This document shows, in pieces, positions 17,905 through 27,805 of a stretch of 64,000 bases of DNA. A program made the translations under genes and the position numbers. The number at the start of each line of letters is the position of its first letter. Positions within the stretch are counted from its first letter, which is position 1. The notes below the pieces were generated by a model that saw only the letters and a list, made by a program, of their open reading frames with translations, made no database searches and was not told the DNA's origin. This DNA is from Candidatus Woesearchaeota archaeon (lineage in GTDB: Archaea; Nanobdellota; Nanobdellia; SCGC-AAA011-G17; CAYFGV01): positions 6,979 to 70,978 of the forward strand of contig CAYVLZ010000005.1 of NCBI GenBank assembly GCA_964452525.1. The letters run 5' to 3'.

Positions 17905-17939
17905 TAAACGGTAAGAGAATTAAAGGTTTAAATGTTTTT

Positions 17940-18419
17940 TTATATGATTATTATGACTATTGATTCTGATCCAACGTCTGGATTAGACATTACTGTGGCA
18001 GTGTAAGTATTTCCAGGTATTTCACTTTTCGGTACTTTCAATACAATTGGGATCCCTTTCACTTCCCCAGCTTTAACAGATATTGGATCTGGTGTTTGGA
18101 ACCATGCCGCTTTTTCTCCGCTGACGGATATTGCAAAATTGGAATCGCTTCCCAGTATGTTTCTAACTCCGACATTGATTGTCGTTATGTCTCCTGGTTC
18201 TACTTCAAAAGTTTGACCTGAAACATAAAAGTTAGTCCCTTCCCTCATTCTATCTCTGATTTCTTTATCAGCGTTTCTGAAAGCTTCTTCACTTAATTCG
18301 CTTATGTCGCTGAATACACCTTTTACCCAGACCAAAGCTAGGCTTAGTAAAGTGATACCTATTACTATTACTATAATGGTGGTCATAGAAAGTTCAATTG
18401 CACCTTCTTTCTTTTTCAT
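17940..18419 (-). CDS. Class III signal peptide (type IV pilin-like) protein
   Basis: MKKKEGAIELSMTTIIVIVIGITLLSLALV: basic N-terminus, G|A cleavage-like site, Glu at +3, about 20-residue hydrophobic helix. Confidence 0.5.
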   Translation of the reverse strand: MKKKEGAIELSMTTIIVIVIGITLLSLALVWVKGVFSDISELSEEAFRNADKEIRDRMREGTNFYVSGQTFEVEPGDITTINVGVRNILGSDSNFAISVSGEKAAWFQTPDPISVKAGEVKGIPIVLKVPKSEIPGNTYTATVMSNPDVGSESIVIIII

Positions 18420-18453
18420 GTTAGAAATTTTTGTGTTAAGATGTTTATAAATG

Positions 18454-20274
18454 TTATGGTGGATAGTATTCTACTTCTGCTTTTATCATAAACGATGATT
18501 GTTCTCCAAATATTTCTCTTGGTTTCATATCTGATGTAGAGAAAATGTAATTATTTTCTTTTATTGCTTGAGTATCTCCACCTAGACAGGGTTTCTGATT
18601 CTCTACAAATTGCATTCCAATATAAAATGAACCTTCGTTTATCTGTATGTTATAATCTGATACATCTACTTTTTCCCAATAACCTTCTCCGTAATTTATT
18701 CTTCCTTCTACATCTAGAGAAAGTATTACTTCGCCGTTATCATCAAATATATATGCTTTGAAAGGGGTGTCTGATTTGTGGCAAGGATACCATTCTCTTC
18801 CGTTTAGGAAATATTCTGCTTTTCTTATCTTTGCTGGATATTTTTCTGGATGGAATTTTACTGTAAATCCCATTCCTTCGTCTGCTGTATTTGCGTATTC
18901 AGGATTTCCGTCATCATATCCCAATTCAGCTATCTCTGGTTCTTGTGTTACAAAATATTCTAGGTTAGATTCTGTTTCGTTTATTATTGTATCGTCTTTA
19001 ACTTTTACTTGAGCTTCATGTTGTCCTGCTGGCAGGTTATTTATTGTAATTGATTTTCCTTCAACATATCTCCAATTTTCGTATGGACTATTGCTTACTC
19101 TTACCCAATAAAATAAATCACTTCCGGATGTTGGGCCTTGGCATATTAATGATCCGTCTATAGTTCCATCGGCGTAATAATCTCTATCGAATCCTGACCA
19201 GCTTAAAGTTACAGCGTCTCCGTTTACTTCGGGAGGATTGAGAGTTACTTCCGGGATTTGGCTTGCTCTTAATATGTTGCCTGTGAATGTTCCGGTTATT
19301 GGTGATAAATCTCCTTGTGGAATTTGTTTGTATTTGTCCCAGTTTTCATCTTCGAAATTTATTTCACTTCCCAGAATATTGGATAGTTTTTCTATGTTAC
19401 CTTCTAGGGTTGATATTTGATATATCACATTGCTTGTTCCAGGGATTATTGTGTAGATCTCTGCCATTGCTTTTTCATGATCTTTAATTTGTTGTCCAGT
19501 GAATGTTCCTATGTAATAAAGTTCATTATCTAGCTCACATATCTTGAATCCTTCTCCCAGATTATCTAAGAAATTTATTATTGCTTCTATTGTTTCTGGA
19601 TTTGTTATTTTTTCTAATACATAGTTTTGTAACCCTTTTTTAGTCATTTCTAATATGTGCCCAGAGTTGTGTGTAAAGTAGAATTGGTCTGGAAAATATT
19701 CTTTATTTGGGTCTTCTACGGAAAATACTTTTGCATCTGGTTGACTATAGTATGTTACCTCAAAACCTTCTAATGATTCTCCTGAATTTGTATCTATTGT
19801 TGTAACAAATGTGTCTGAGAAATAGGCATTACCTTGTTCATCGGTAATTCCTGGTTGTATTGGGTCTCCTGGATCTCCCGGACCAGGTATATTTACATTA
19901 AAGGATCTTTTTGATAATTTGGAAAGAGCATTTTGATTGTCTTCTGCTCTTAGATAGAAGGTATTAGTACCATTGCTTAAATTAGTAAACTTGTACTTCG
20001 TTTCTGTAGTCTCTATATCTGGAGTATCATCGTTAATATCTATGTAATATTTTATTATTTCTCCGTCTTCATCGGATCCTTTCCATTCAAATGTAGCATG
20101 ATTTTCTTGTATTGTTCCTGATGGCCCAGAAATTATCTCAACTATCGGAGGTTGGTTTCCTGTATTTGGATCTGTTGGGTTTTTCTTTCCGCAAGAAGAG
20201 TATAGAAGGAATGTAGAAGTTATAATTGGGATTGTAATCTTGCTGGTTTTTCTTACGAGGTCTGTTAAAGACAT
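18454..20274 (-). CDS. Large secreted protein, probably lipoprotein-like (beta-rich, Ig/PKD-like)
   Basis: The ORF track gives a start at 20343, but those first 10 codons overlap the tRNA gene at 20314-20421. The in-frame MSLTDLVRKTSKITIPIITSTFLLYSSCGKK (lipobox-like LYSSC) at 20274 is the more plausible start. Confidence 0.5.
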   Translation of the reverse strand: MSLTDLVRKTSKITIPIITSTFLLYSSCGKKNPTDPNTGNQPPIVEIISGPSGTIQENHATFEWKGSDEDGEIIKYYIDINDDTPDIETTETKYKFTNLSNGTNTFYLRAEDNQNALSKLSKRSFNVNIPGPGDPGDPIQPGITDEQGNAYFSDTFVTTIDTNSGESLEGFEVTYYSQPDAKVFSVEDPNKEYFPDQFYFTHNSGHILEMTKKGLQNYVLEKITNPETIEAIINFLDNLGEGFKICELDNELYYIGTFTGQQIKDHEKAMAEIYTIIPGTSNVIYQISTLEGNIEKLSNILGSEINFEDENWDKYKQIPQGDLSPITGTFTGNILRASQIPEVTLNPPEVNGDAVTLSWSGFDRDYYADGTIDGSLICQGPTSGSDLFYWVRVSNSPYENWRYVEGKSITINNLPAGQHEAQVKVKDDTIINETESNLEYFVTQEPEIAELGYDDGNPEYANTADEGMGFTVKFHPEKYPAKIRKAEYFLNGREWYPCHKSDTPFKAYIFDDNGEVILSLDVEGRINYGEGYWEKVDVSDYNIQINEGSFYIGMQFVENQKPCLGGDTQAIKENNYIFSTSDMKPREIFGEQSSFMIKAEVEYYPP

Positions 20275-20313
20275 ATTTTGGGGAACAGAATTAAAGTTAT
20301 AAATGTTTTGAAA

Positions 20314-20421
20314 TGGAGCCGGTGGGATTTGAACCCACGACACCTAGATGGCTGCTCTTGGAGATCTTCAGTTTCACTTACTTTTGGAGTAGCTAGTGCT
20401 CTCCCCCTGAGCTACGGCTCC
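20314..20421 (-). tRNA. Intron-containing tRNA gene (about 108 nt; roughly 36-nt insertion in the anticodon-arm region). Anticodon uncertain; candidate CCA (Trp). CCA end not encoded
   Basis: Reverse complement GGAGCCG-UA-GCUC-AGGGGGA-GAGC-A-CUAGC...UCUAG-GUGUC-GUGGG-UUCAAAU-CCCAC-CGGCUCC-A. Acceptor, D-arm and T-arm (GUGGG/UUCAAAU/CCCAC) are canonical. The intervening 43 nt contain two CUCCAA copies (a C-U-CCA-A-A loop would be Trp), but I could not fold a clean 5-bp anticodon stem by hand. Confidence 0.7.
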
Positions 20422-20507
20422 TTAATAAGGTTCTCTGTAGGTTTGTTAATAAAGTTTACGATTGGGGTAAAGAAAGGTTTAAATATTGTTTTAAGAAACA
20501 TAGTTTA

Positions 20508-22853
20508 ATGGAACTAGAAAAAACTTATGATGCTAAGAAAATAGAATCTAAAATCCAGAGTTTTTGGGATAAAAACAAGATATATAAATTTAGAAATAAA
20601 GGAAAGGTGTATAGTATAGATACTCCTCCCCCTACCGTTTCTGGAAAGATGCATATGGGTCATGTTTTTTCTTATGCACAACAAGATTTTGTAGCTAGAT
20701 TTAGGAGAATGGTTGACAATGTTTTTTATCCGTTTGGTACAGACGATAACGGGTTGCCTACTGAAAGATTGATTGAGAGATTAAAGAAGGTTAAGAGTGA
20801 AAACCTTTCAAGATTAGATTTTATTAAATTGTGTCTTAAGACTTTAAGCGAGATAACTCCCGGATTCGTAGAGCAATGGAAAAATTTGGGAGTCTCTGCG
20901 GATTATGATGTTTATTATTCTACTATTGATGATCAGTCTAGGCAAATCTCTCAGAGATCTTTTATTGATTTGTATAAAAGAGGTTTCGTCTATAAAAAAG
21001 AGTTTCCTACCATATGGTGTCCTGAATGTCAAACAGCTATTGCTCAAGCGGAATTGGATGATGAGGAAGAAACAGGTTTGTTTTCTACTTTGAGATTTAA
21101 AGTTGATGGAGAAGATCTACTGATTGCTACTACACGACCTGAACTTTTAGCAGCATGCGTTGCAGTATTTGTTAATCCTGCTGATAAAAAAAATAAAAAA
21201 TTTGTAGGAAAAAAAGCTAAGGTTCCTTTATTTAATTTTGAAGTGCCTGTTTTAGAAGATGCTTCTGCTGACATGGAAAAAGGTACGGGGGTTCTGATGG
21301 TCTGTAGTTATGGAGATAGGTTTGATGTCGATGCTATTGCTAGACATAATTTGATACCTAGATTAATAATGAACCCCGATGGTACTATCAATGTTGTGGG
21401 TTATAAGGGTTTAAAGGTTAAGGAAGCTAGAAAGAAAATTATTAGAGATTTAAGGGAGAATAATCTTATTAAGGAAGAAAAACAGATTAGCCATGTTTTG
21501 AATGTTCATGATAAATGTGGTACTCATGTAGAATTCATAATGACGGAGCAATGGTTCATTAAAATTCTACAAAATAAAGTTAAATTGATAAAACAAGGTA
21601 GAAAGTTAAACTGGTATCCTGATTATATGTATAAAAGATATGAGAATTGGGTGAAGGGATTGGAATGGGATTGGAGTATATCTAGAGATAGACATTTTGG
21701 AATTCCTATTCCCGTATGGGTGTGTAAAAAATGTGATGAGATTATTTTGCCTAAATTAAATGAGTTGCCTGTTGATCCCTTACAGATTAAAAAAAGATGT
21801 AGCAAATGTAAACAATTTGCAGAACCAGAAACTAAAGTTTTAGATACTTGGGCTACGTCTTCATTAACACCTCAGATAGCTTCTAGTCTTGTTAAAAATA
21901 AAATTAAGATACCTTATTCCTTGAGACCACAAGCACACGATATTATAAGGACGTGGGCTTTCTATACGATAGTTAAATCTTTTTATCATGATAAGAAAAT
22001 ACCTTGGAATGATGTGATGATTTCTGGTTTTGTTACGTTGCATGGAGAGAAGATGTCTAAGAGCAAAGGTAATGTTATAGAGCCCGAGAAAGTTTTACAT
22101 AAATTTGGTGTTGATGCGTTAAGGTTTTGGGCAGGAGGGCCTAAAATAGGAGAGGATTTAGATTATAGGGAGGAGGATTTGATAATTGGTAAGAAGTTTA
22201 TAACTAAATTATGGAATGCTTCTAGACTTGCTTTTATGAATTTGCAGGACTATAAGGGAAAGAAAGTAAAATTAGAAATGATGGACAGGTGGTTACTTTC
22301 TAAGTTGAATAATGTTATAAAGGAGTCTACAGATAGTTTTTACAAGTACAATCCCGGAGAATCTAAAAGGGTTGTAGAATACTTTTTCTGGAGCGTTTTT
22401 TGTGATAATTATTTGGAAATTGTTAAGGATAGGTTGTATAATCCTAAGATAAGGGGGAAGCGAGCTAGAGAATCTGCGCAATATACATTGTATATTTCTT
22501 TATTAACCGTTTTAAAATTAATGGCACCTATTGTTCCCCATGTTACTGAAGAAATCTATCAGAAAGGGTTTAGAAAAAGAGAAAAAGATAAAAGTATACA
22601 TATTTCTAAATGGCCGAAGTATGATAAAAGAATGTTCGATAAAAAAATAGAAAAAATAGGCGATGATGTTGTACATATTGTATCCAAAGTTAGACAATTT
22701 AAAGCCAAAAATAATCAGTCATTGAAAGTACCTGTAGTTTTGACTTTAGAGAAAAGATATAAAAAAGAATTTAAAGATGTTATGGAAGATTTAAAAGCAA
22801 CACTAAATGCCAAAAAAGTTAACTTTGGGTCCAGTTTTAATGTGAGATTCTAA
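20508..22853 (+). CDS. valS: Valyl-tRNA synthetase (class I; compact 781 aa)
   Basis: TPPPTVSGKMHMGH (ValRS-type HIGH region), WCPECQTAIAQAELD editing/CP region, KMSKSKGNVIEP...GVDALRFW (KMSKS). Confidence 0.7.
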   Translation: MELEKTYDAKKIESKIQSFWDKNKIYKFRNKGKVYSIDTPPPTVSGKMHMGHVFSYAQQDFVARFRRMVDNVFYPFGTDDNGLPTERLIERLKKVKSENLSRLDFIKLCLKTLSEITPGFVEQWKNLGVSADYDVYYSTIDDQSRQISQRSFIDLYKRGFVYKKEFPTIWCPECQTAIAQAELDDEEETGLFSTLRFKVDGEDLLIATTRPELLAACVAVFVNPADKKNKKFVGKKAKVPLFNFEVPVLEDASADMEKGTGVLMVCSYGDRFDVDAIARHNLIPRLIMNPDGTINVVGYKGLKVKEARKKIIRDLRENNLIKEEKQISHVLNVHDKCGTHVEFIMTEQWFIKILQNKVKLIKQGRKLNWYPDYMYKRYENWVKGLEWDWSISRDRHFGIPIPVWVCKKCDEIILPKLNELPVDPLQIKKRCSKCKQFAEPETKVLDTWATSSLTPQIASSLVKNKIKIPYSLRPQAHDIIRTWAFYTIVKSFYHDKKIPWNDVMISGFVTLHGEKMSKSKGNVIEPEKVLHKFGVDALRFWAGGPKIGEDLDYREEDLIIGKKFITKLWNASRLAFMNLQDYKGKKVKLEMMDRWLLSKLNNVIKESTDSFYKYNPGESKRVVEYFFWSVFCDNYLEIVKDRLYNPKIRGKRARESAQYTLYISLLTVLKLMAPIVPHVTEEIYQKGFRKREKDKSIHISKWPKYDKRMFDKKIEKIGDDVVHIVSKVRQFKAKNNQSLKVPVVLTLEKRYKKEFKDVMEDLKATLNAKKVNFGSSFNVRF

Positions 22854-22854
22854 C

Positions 22855-23943
22855 ATGGAAGCTAAGAGTAAATTAAAATTAAGGAAATTTATAGAAGAGT
22901 TAAAACCAATTAGAGGGAGACATACGGAGTTGGTTACAGTCTATATCCCCACTGGTTATGATATACATAAAATCATAAATCACCTACAGCAAGAGCAGGA
23001 TACTGCTTCTAATATTAAGGATAAGACAAATAGAAAAAGAGTTCAGGATTCCTTGGAAAGGATGATTAGGCACCTTAGGATTTATAAGAAAACTCCCGAG
23101 AATGGATTAGCTGCATTTTCTGGTAATGCTTCTGGTTCTGATACTAAGGTTGATATTAAAGTTTGGAGTATCGAGCCACCCGAGCCCATTAACACAAGGT
23201 TGTATAGATGTGACCAATATTTTGTTTTGGATATTCTTGAGGACATGGTGGAATATAAGGAGACTTATGGTTTGATAGTTATCGATAGGAGAGAAGGCAA
23301 CATTGGTTTGTTGAAAGGTAATACTGTTAACGGGGTGGCTAGTTTTAGTTCTGATGTTCCTGGAAAAACAACCAAAGGAGGCCAGAGCCAACAACGTTAC
23401 GCAAGAATAAGGGAAGCTGCTGCTAAGGATTTTTTTAAAAAAATTGGAGATGCAGCAAATAAAGAATTCTTGGAAATGAAAGATTTAAAGGGAATTATCA
23501 TTGGAGGTCCCGGTCCCACTAAGGAAGATTTTCTTAACGGGGATTATTTAAACAACGAGGTCAAGAAAAAAGTTTTAGGAACTCTTGATTTGAGTTATAC
23601 TGGAGAATTTGGTTTGAATGAGTTAGTTGACAAGAGTCAGGAGTTGTTGGCTGAAGAGGAGGTCATGGAAGAAAAAAAAGTAATGCAGGAGTTTTTTACA
23701 ACTTTAGCTACAAATCCTCAAAAGACTGCTTATGGAAAGGAAGTTGATAAAGCCTTTGAGTACGGTGCAGTTAAGATTGTTTTACTTTCCGATAGTTTGG
23801 ATAGTAAAGATATTGAAGAATATGAGAAGAAAGCAGAAGATACGGGAGCAGAAATTAAGATAATATCTACTAAGACTAGAGAAGGAGAGCAACTAAAGGA
23901 GATAGGAAAAGTTGCTGCTATTCTCAGATTTGTTGTTTCGTAA
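22855..23943 (+). CDS. prf1: Peptide chain release factor aRF1
   Basis: NIKS-type motif TASNIKDKTNR and the GGQ motif KGGQSQQRYARIR. Confidence 0.85.
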   Translation: MEAKSKLKLRKFIEELKPIRGRHTELVTVYIPTGYDIHKIINHLQQEQDTASNIKDKTNRKRVQDSLERMIRHLRIYKKTPENGLAAFSGNASGSDTKVDIKVWSIEPPEPINTRLYRCDQYFVLDILEDMVEYKETYGLIVIDRREGNIGLLKGNTVNGVASFSSDVPGKTTKGGQSQQRYARIREAAAKDFFKKIGDAANKEFLEMKDLKGIIIGGPGPTKEDFLNGDYLNNEVKKKVLGTLDLSYTGEFGLNELVDKSQELLAEEEVMEEKKVMQEFFTTLATNPQKTAYGKEVDKAFEYGAVKIVLLSDSLDSKDIEEYEKKAEDTGAEIKIISTKTREGEQLKEIGKVAAILRFVVS

Positions 23944-23956
23944 ATAAAACGAAAGT

Positions 23957-23988
<32 letters not shown>

Positions 23989-23999
23989 GAGATTTAATT

Positions 24000-24359
24000 A
24001 TGAAAAAAGAGATTTTAGTAGCGATTTTAGTTATTACTGCTATATTCATAGTAGGGTGTACATCAGAAGCACAACAGAGTCCGAGGAAAGCAGCAACAAG
24101 TATACAAACATTTACAATAGGGGATGTATTAGAGAGAATACAAAATGCAGAAGTTATAATTGATTATGCTCCCAATTGTACTTATGCTTGTAATCCTAAT
24201 GTTTGTGTTGATGCTTTTATGTTTAATGAGACTCGTATAGTTGAACATGATAACGGTAGGAAAAATGTGTTGGAACCACTGGGATGTGGAGATACTGCTT
24301 TCTATGACAATGGTGATGTAATGAATCGACCTATGATGTGCGAGTGTGCACAAACTTAA
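24000..24359 (+). CDS. Small secreted Cys-rich protein, lipoprotein-like
   Basis: MKKEILVAILVITAIFIVGCTSE (lipobox-like); 8 Cys in 119 aa. Confidence 0.45.
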   Translation: MKKEILVAILVITAIFIVGCTSEAQQSPRKAATSIQTFTIGDVLERIQNAEVIIDYAPNCTYACNPNVCVDAFMFNETRIVEHDNGRKNVLEPLGCGDTAFYDNGDVMNRPMMCECAQT

Positions 24360-24412
24360 CTTTTTTCTTTTTTTTCATTAATTTTATAAACTCTTAGCTT
24401 TTTTGTTAACCT

Positions 24413-24919
24413 ATGGTTGAAGATATTAATAAGATAGAGACTATATTGTTTACAACTGGAAAATTTTTGAATCTGGATGAGATATCTCAGTTAACGGGTG
24501 TTGCTAGTATTGGTTATTTGAAGGACTTGTTAGTTGAACTTAAGAATAAGTATGAGTCTTCTAACTCTGCCTTACAGGTTATTAATGAGAATAATAAATG
24601 GAAGCTTGGGATCAAGAAAGAATATCTTTATTTGACTGAGAAATTATTGACAACTGCCGAATTAGATATGCCTGTACAGGAGACTTTGGCTGTAATAGCG
24701 TATAAACAACCCGCCATTCAAGCTGATGTTGTTAATATTAGGGGGAACAAATCTTATGACCATATTAGGAGATTAAAAGAGGAGGGTTTTTTGGTTTCAG
24801 AGAAATTTGGAAGAACTAGAATATTAAAGTTAACCAATAAGTTTTATGATTATTTTGATGTATTGGATGATCAATTAAAAGAACAATTAGTTAATAAATC
24901 AGATGATAAAAAAGATTAA
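24413..24919 (+). CDS. scpB: Segregation and condensation protein B (ScpB)
   Basis: Tandem wH pattern: ETLAVIAYKQPAIQADVVNIRGNKSYDHIRRLKEEGFLV...GRTRILKLTNKFYDYFDV matches ScpB. Confidence 0.7.
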   Translation: MVEDINKIETILFTTGKFLNLDEISQLTGVASIGYLKDLLVELKNKYESSNSALQVINENNKWKLGIKKEYLYLTEKLLTTAELDMPVQETLAVIAYKQPAIQADVVNIRGNKSYDHIRRLKEEGFLVSEKFGRTRILKLTNKFYDYFDVLDDQLKEQLVNKSDDKKD

Positions 24920-26390
24920 AGTTAATTGGCTATTGCTGCTGATATTTGTATTTGTGTTGTCTTTTAGGTTATTTTTTGTTTTTCAGGTAGATGGATTTTC
25001 TCCGGATGCTTATTTTAATATTAAACACATAGATTACGTTTCTGATAATTGGCATATTATGGATCATGACTGGTTGAGTTATGGTGGAAGAGATGTTTTA
25101 TTGACCCCTGGTTTTTATTATTTTATTGCTTTTTTTGATATTTTCTTTTCTTTTGACTTACTTTTGAAGATTCTCCCGGAGATTCTTTTAGCAAGTTTGG
25201 TTATTATAGTTTATCTTATCTCTATGGAAATAACACAAGATAAAAATTCTTCTTTAATTGCCGCTTTAATCTCGGGTTTTGTCCCTTTGCTTGTAGAAAA
25301 AACTTTGAATGCAGTTTCTGTTTATTCTTTGGTCTTGCCCTTGATGTTCTTTATGTTTTATTGTTTTATCAAGTTAGTCGAGGATAGAAGGTATGTTGTT
25401 CCTTTTGTTGTTTCTTCTTTTATTTTACCTTTAATACATCCTAGTGTTTTGATATTTGTTTTTTCCTTAATATTTTACTTTATATTGTTAGTTAGCGAAG
25501 GATTGAGAATGAATACTTTAAGAAAAGAGGTTTTATTATTCTCTTTTTTCCTAATATTATTAATCCAGTTCATTATTTTCAAATCAGCTTTTATCCAATA
25601 TGGTTTAGATATTATCAAATACAATATCCCCTCTAAGATTCTTGAAGATTATTTTAGAAATGTGGATGTCTTTTCTTTAGTGTACGCTGTGGGCATCTTA
25701 CCTTTTGTTTTAGGTACTATTGGAGTATTCTATGGGATTTTTTCTAATAAAAAAAGAAAGATATTTTTGATCACTAGTATTATTCTATCAGTTCTTTTAT
25801 TACTCTTAACCAAACTTGTTGAATTTTATACTGGTTTAATCTTTCTTGGAGTATCTTTAGCAATATTATCTGCATTTACTCTATCTAGATTGTATCGTTA
25901 TATAAGATTAACTAAGTTTTCAGATTATAATAGTTATCTTACTTATTTTATTTTATTTTTGGTTACTTTGTTCTCGATTGTTCCTTCCTTTTCAGTTGCT
26001 AAAGAGGTTACTGAGAATTCCCTTAATTCTGAAGAGTTAGAAGCTTTGGAATGGTTTAGAGATAGTTCCGGAGACAGGGAAGTTGTATTGGCTGACATCT
26101 CTGAAGGTCATTTAATCAATGTTGTTGCCGAAAGGAAAACCGTTATGGACGATTATTTTTTGTTGGTTGATGACGCCTTCATGAGATATAATGATGTTAA
26201 CAAGGTTTTTACTACAGGTAGCGAAGCTGTAGCTCTCGGCATAGTTGATAAATATAATATAAGATATTTCTATATTTCAGAGAGAGTTAAAGAAAGATAT
26301 AATATAGAATCTATTAAATATTTAGAAAATAGGAATTGTTTTGATAGGTTGTGGAATAATGAAGTCCAAATTTATAAAATTGTTTGCTGA
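24903..26390 (+). CDS. Polytopic membrane protein, GT-C-like (PMT/ArnT/AglB-N-like glycosyltransferase fold), paralog A
   Basis: More than 10 predicted TM segments; extracytoplasmic loop after TM1 with DHDWLSYGGRDVLLTPGF, shared with the next gene; C-terminal soluble domain. Confidence 0.45.
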   Translation: MIKKIKVNWLLLLIFVFVLSFRLFFVFQVDGFSPDAYFNIKHIDYVSDNWHIMDHDWLSYGGRDVLLTPGFYYFIAFFDIFFSFDLLLKILPEILLASLVIIVYLISMEITQDKNSSLIAALISGFVPLLVEKTLNAVSVYSLVLPLMFFMFYCFIKLVEDRRYVVPFVVSSFILPLIHPSVLIFVFSLIFYFILLVSEGLRMNTLRKEVLLFSFFLILLIQFIIFKSAFIQYGLDIIKYNIPSKILEDYFRNVDVFSLVYAVGILPFVLGTIGVFYGIFSNKKRKIFLITSIILSVLLLLLTKLVEFYTGLIFLGVSLAILSAFTLSRLYRYIRLTKFSDYNSYLTYFILFLVTLFSIVPSFSVAKEVTENSLNSEELEALEWFRDSSGDREVVLADISEGHLINVVAERKTVMDDYFLLVDDAFMRYNDVNKVFTTGSEAVALGIVDKYNIRYFYISERVKERYNIESIKYLENRNCFDRLWNNEVQIYKIVC

Positions 26391-27771
26391 AAAAAAATTT
26401 TTAATAATATTGTTGGTTATATATGTAGTTATTCTTATCTCTGTACATGTGGTTAGAGGTAATTTCTTGATTGGAGAAGAGGCTTATTTTAATTCTAGGA
26501 TAGCTAATCAATTCTTGGAAACTGGAGAAATTGTCCATGATGATTTTAGTTATGGTGGAAGAAACTTATTGATACCTTTAGCTTTTCCACTTGTTTTGGC
26601 TGGTTTTAGTGCTTTAACCGGGACCACGGTTTTTTTTGCAGCCAAAGCAATTCCTTTTATTTTGGGATTCTTTTCTATTATTTTGTTTTATCTAATTTTG
26701 ACTTTCTTTAAGGTCAATGAGAGAGTTAAATTATTTTCTTTAATATTTTTGTTACTTTCTCCTACTTTTTTATACTTGTTTATTACTTCTACTAAATTCT
26801 CTTCCGTAATCTTTCTTTCTTTTTTGGGTTTTTATTTATTGTTGAAGAATAGAAAAATTTTAGCCGCTATATCTTTTATTCTTATTCCATTACTCAATCT
26901 TCTTTTATCTTATTTCATATTTTTTATTTTATTTTTCTATGTTCTTAAGCAAAGAAAGAACCTGAGATGGTACTTTTTAGTTTTATTTTTAACTTTTAGT
27001 ATTGTTTTTACTTTATATGGCTATGGTGTTGGATATAGACCAGAAGTTCCTTTTAAATCTCTAATTTCTGATTTTGGTGGACAATTCGGTCTGAGTATTT
27101 TTTCCGTTACTCTGTCTTTTATAGGCCTTGGTAATCTTTGGAGAAGAAAATACAGGAATTTTTTAGTTTATTTAGTCTTCGTTGTACTTTTGATTTCTAG
27201 TCTTTATTATGTCCAAAATTTATTTTTATTTAATTTTTTGGTTGTTGTTCTGGCTGCTTATGGTTTAAACTATCTTGTTAATAGGAGTTGGAGTAGTTTT
27301 TTGATAAAAAGATTCACATTGTTTATACTTTTATTGGGCGTATTGTTCTCAGGAATATCTTATATCAATATTTTGGAGGATGTGAGACCGGATCAACAAG
27401 ATATTAAAGTTTTAAGGTATTTAGAAGATGTTACTGGTCCTGGCGATATGGTTTTCTCTCATTACAGTATGGGAAATTGGATTAGTGGAATTGCTCATAG
27501 AAGAAATTTTATGGATTCTAATTTCATTAATGCCCCTTCTTTAGAAAAAAGACTTAGATACTCGGATGTTTTATTTTATTCAAGAGATAGACAGTTGATG
27601 ATTAGTATCTTAGAAGAATATGATATAGATTATATCTGGATAGATTATGAAATGATAAGAGAGTTGGACCTTGATAACAGGGGAGGATTGTTGTTATTGT
27701 TTTTATATGATGATAGATTTGAAAATCTTTATAATAGGGACGGCATAGAGATCTGGAAATTTAATGGATAG
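26341..27771 (+). CDS. Polytopic membrane protein, GT-C-like, paralog B (likely start MKSKF at 26359)
   Basis: Same architecture and DDFSYGGRNLLIPLAF loop motif as paralog A; C-terminal soluble domain. Confidence 0.45.
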   Translation: MIGCGIMKSKFIKLFAEKKFLIILLVIYVVILISVHVVRGNFLIGEEAYFNSRIANQFLETGEIVHDDFSYGGRNLLIPLAFPLVLAGFSALTGTTVFFAAKAIPFILGFFSIILFYLILTFFKVNERVKLFSLIFLLLSPTFLYLFITSTKFSSVIFLSFLGFYLLLKNRKILAAISFILIPLLNLLLSYFIFFILFFYVLKQRKNLRWYFLVLFLTFSIVFTLYGYGVGYRPEVPFKSLISDFGGQFGLSIFSVTLSFIGLGNLWRRKYRNFLVYLVFVVLLISSLYYVQNLFLFNFLVVVLAAYGLNYLVNRSWSSFLIKRFTLFILLLGVLFSGISYINILEDVRPDQQDIKVLRYLEDVTGPGDMVFSHYSMGNWISGIAHRRNFMDSNFINAPSLEKRLRYSDVLFYSRDRQLMISILEEYDIDYIWIDYEMIRELDLDNRGGLLLLFLYDDRFENLYNRDGIEIWKFNG

Positions 27772-27805
27772 AAAAGCTTTAATATATTTTAGCTTTTAGG
27801 ACCTT

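Noticed and set aside
20345-20385. Possibility that the tRNA insertion encodes a box C/D guide RNA (as in euryarchaeal tRNA-Trp introns)
   Set aside because: A CUGA (box D-like) element is present but the insertion is only about 36 nt, with no RUGAUGA box C and no room for guide regions.
20278-20508. 76-aa plus-strand ORF
   Set aside because: Overlaps the tRNA gene on the opposite strand and the valS promoter region; no coding signal.
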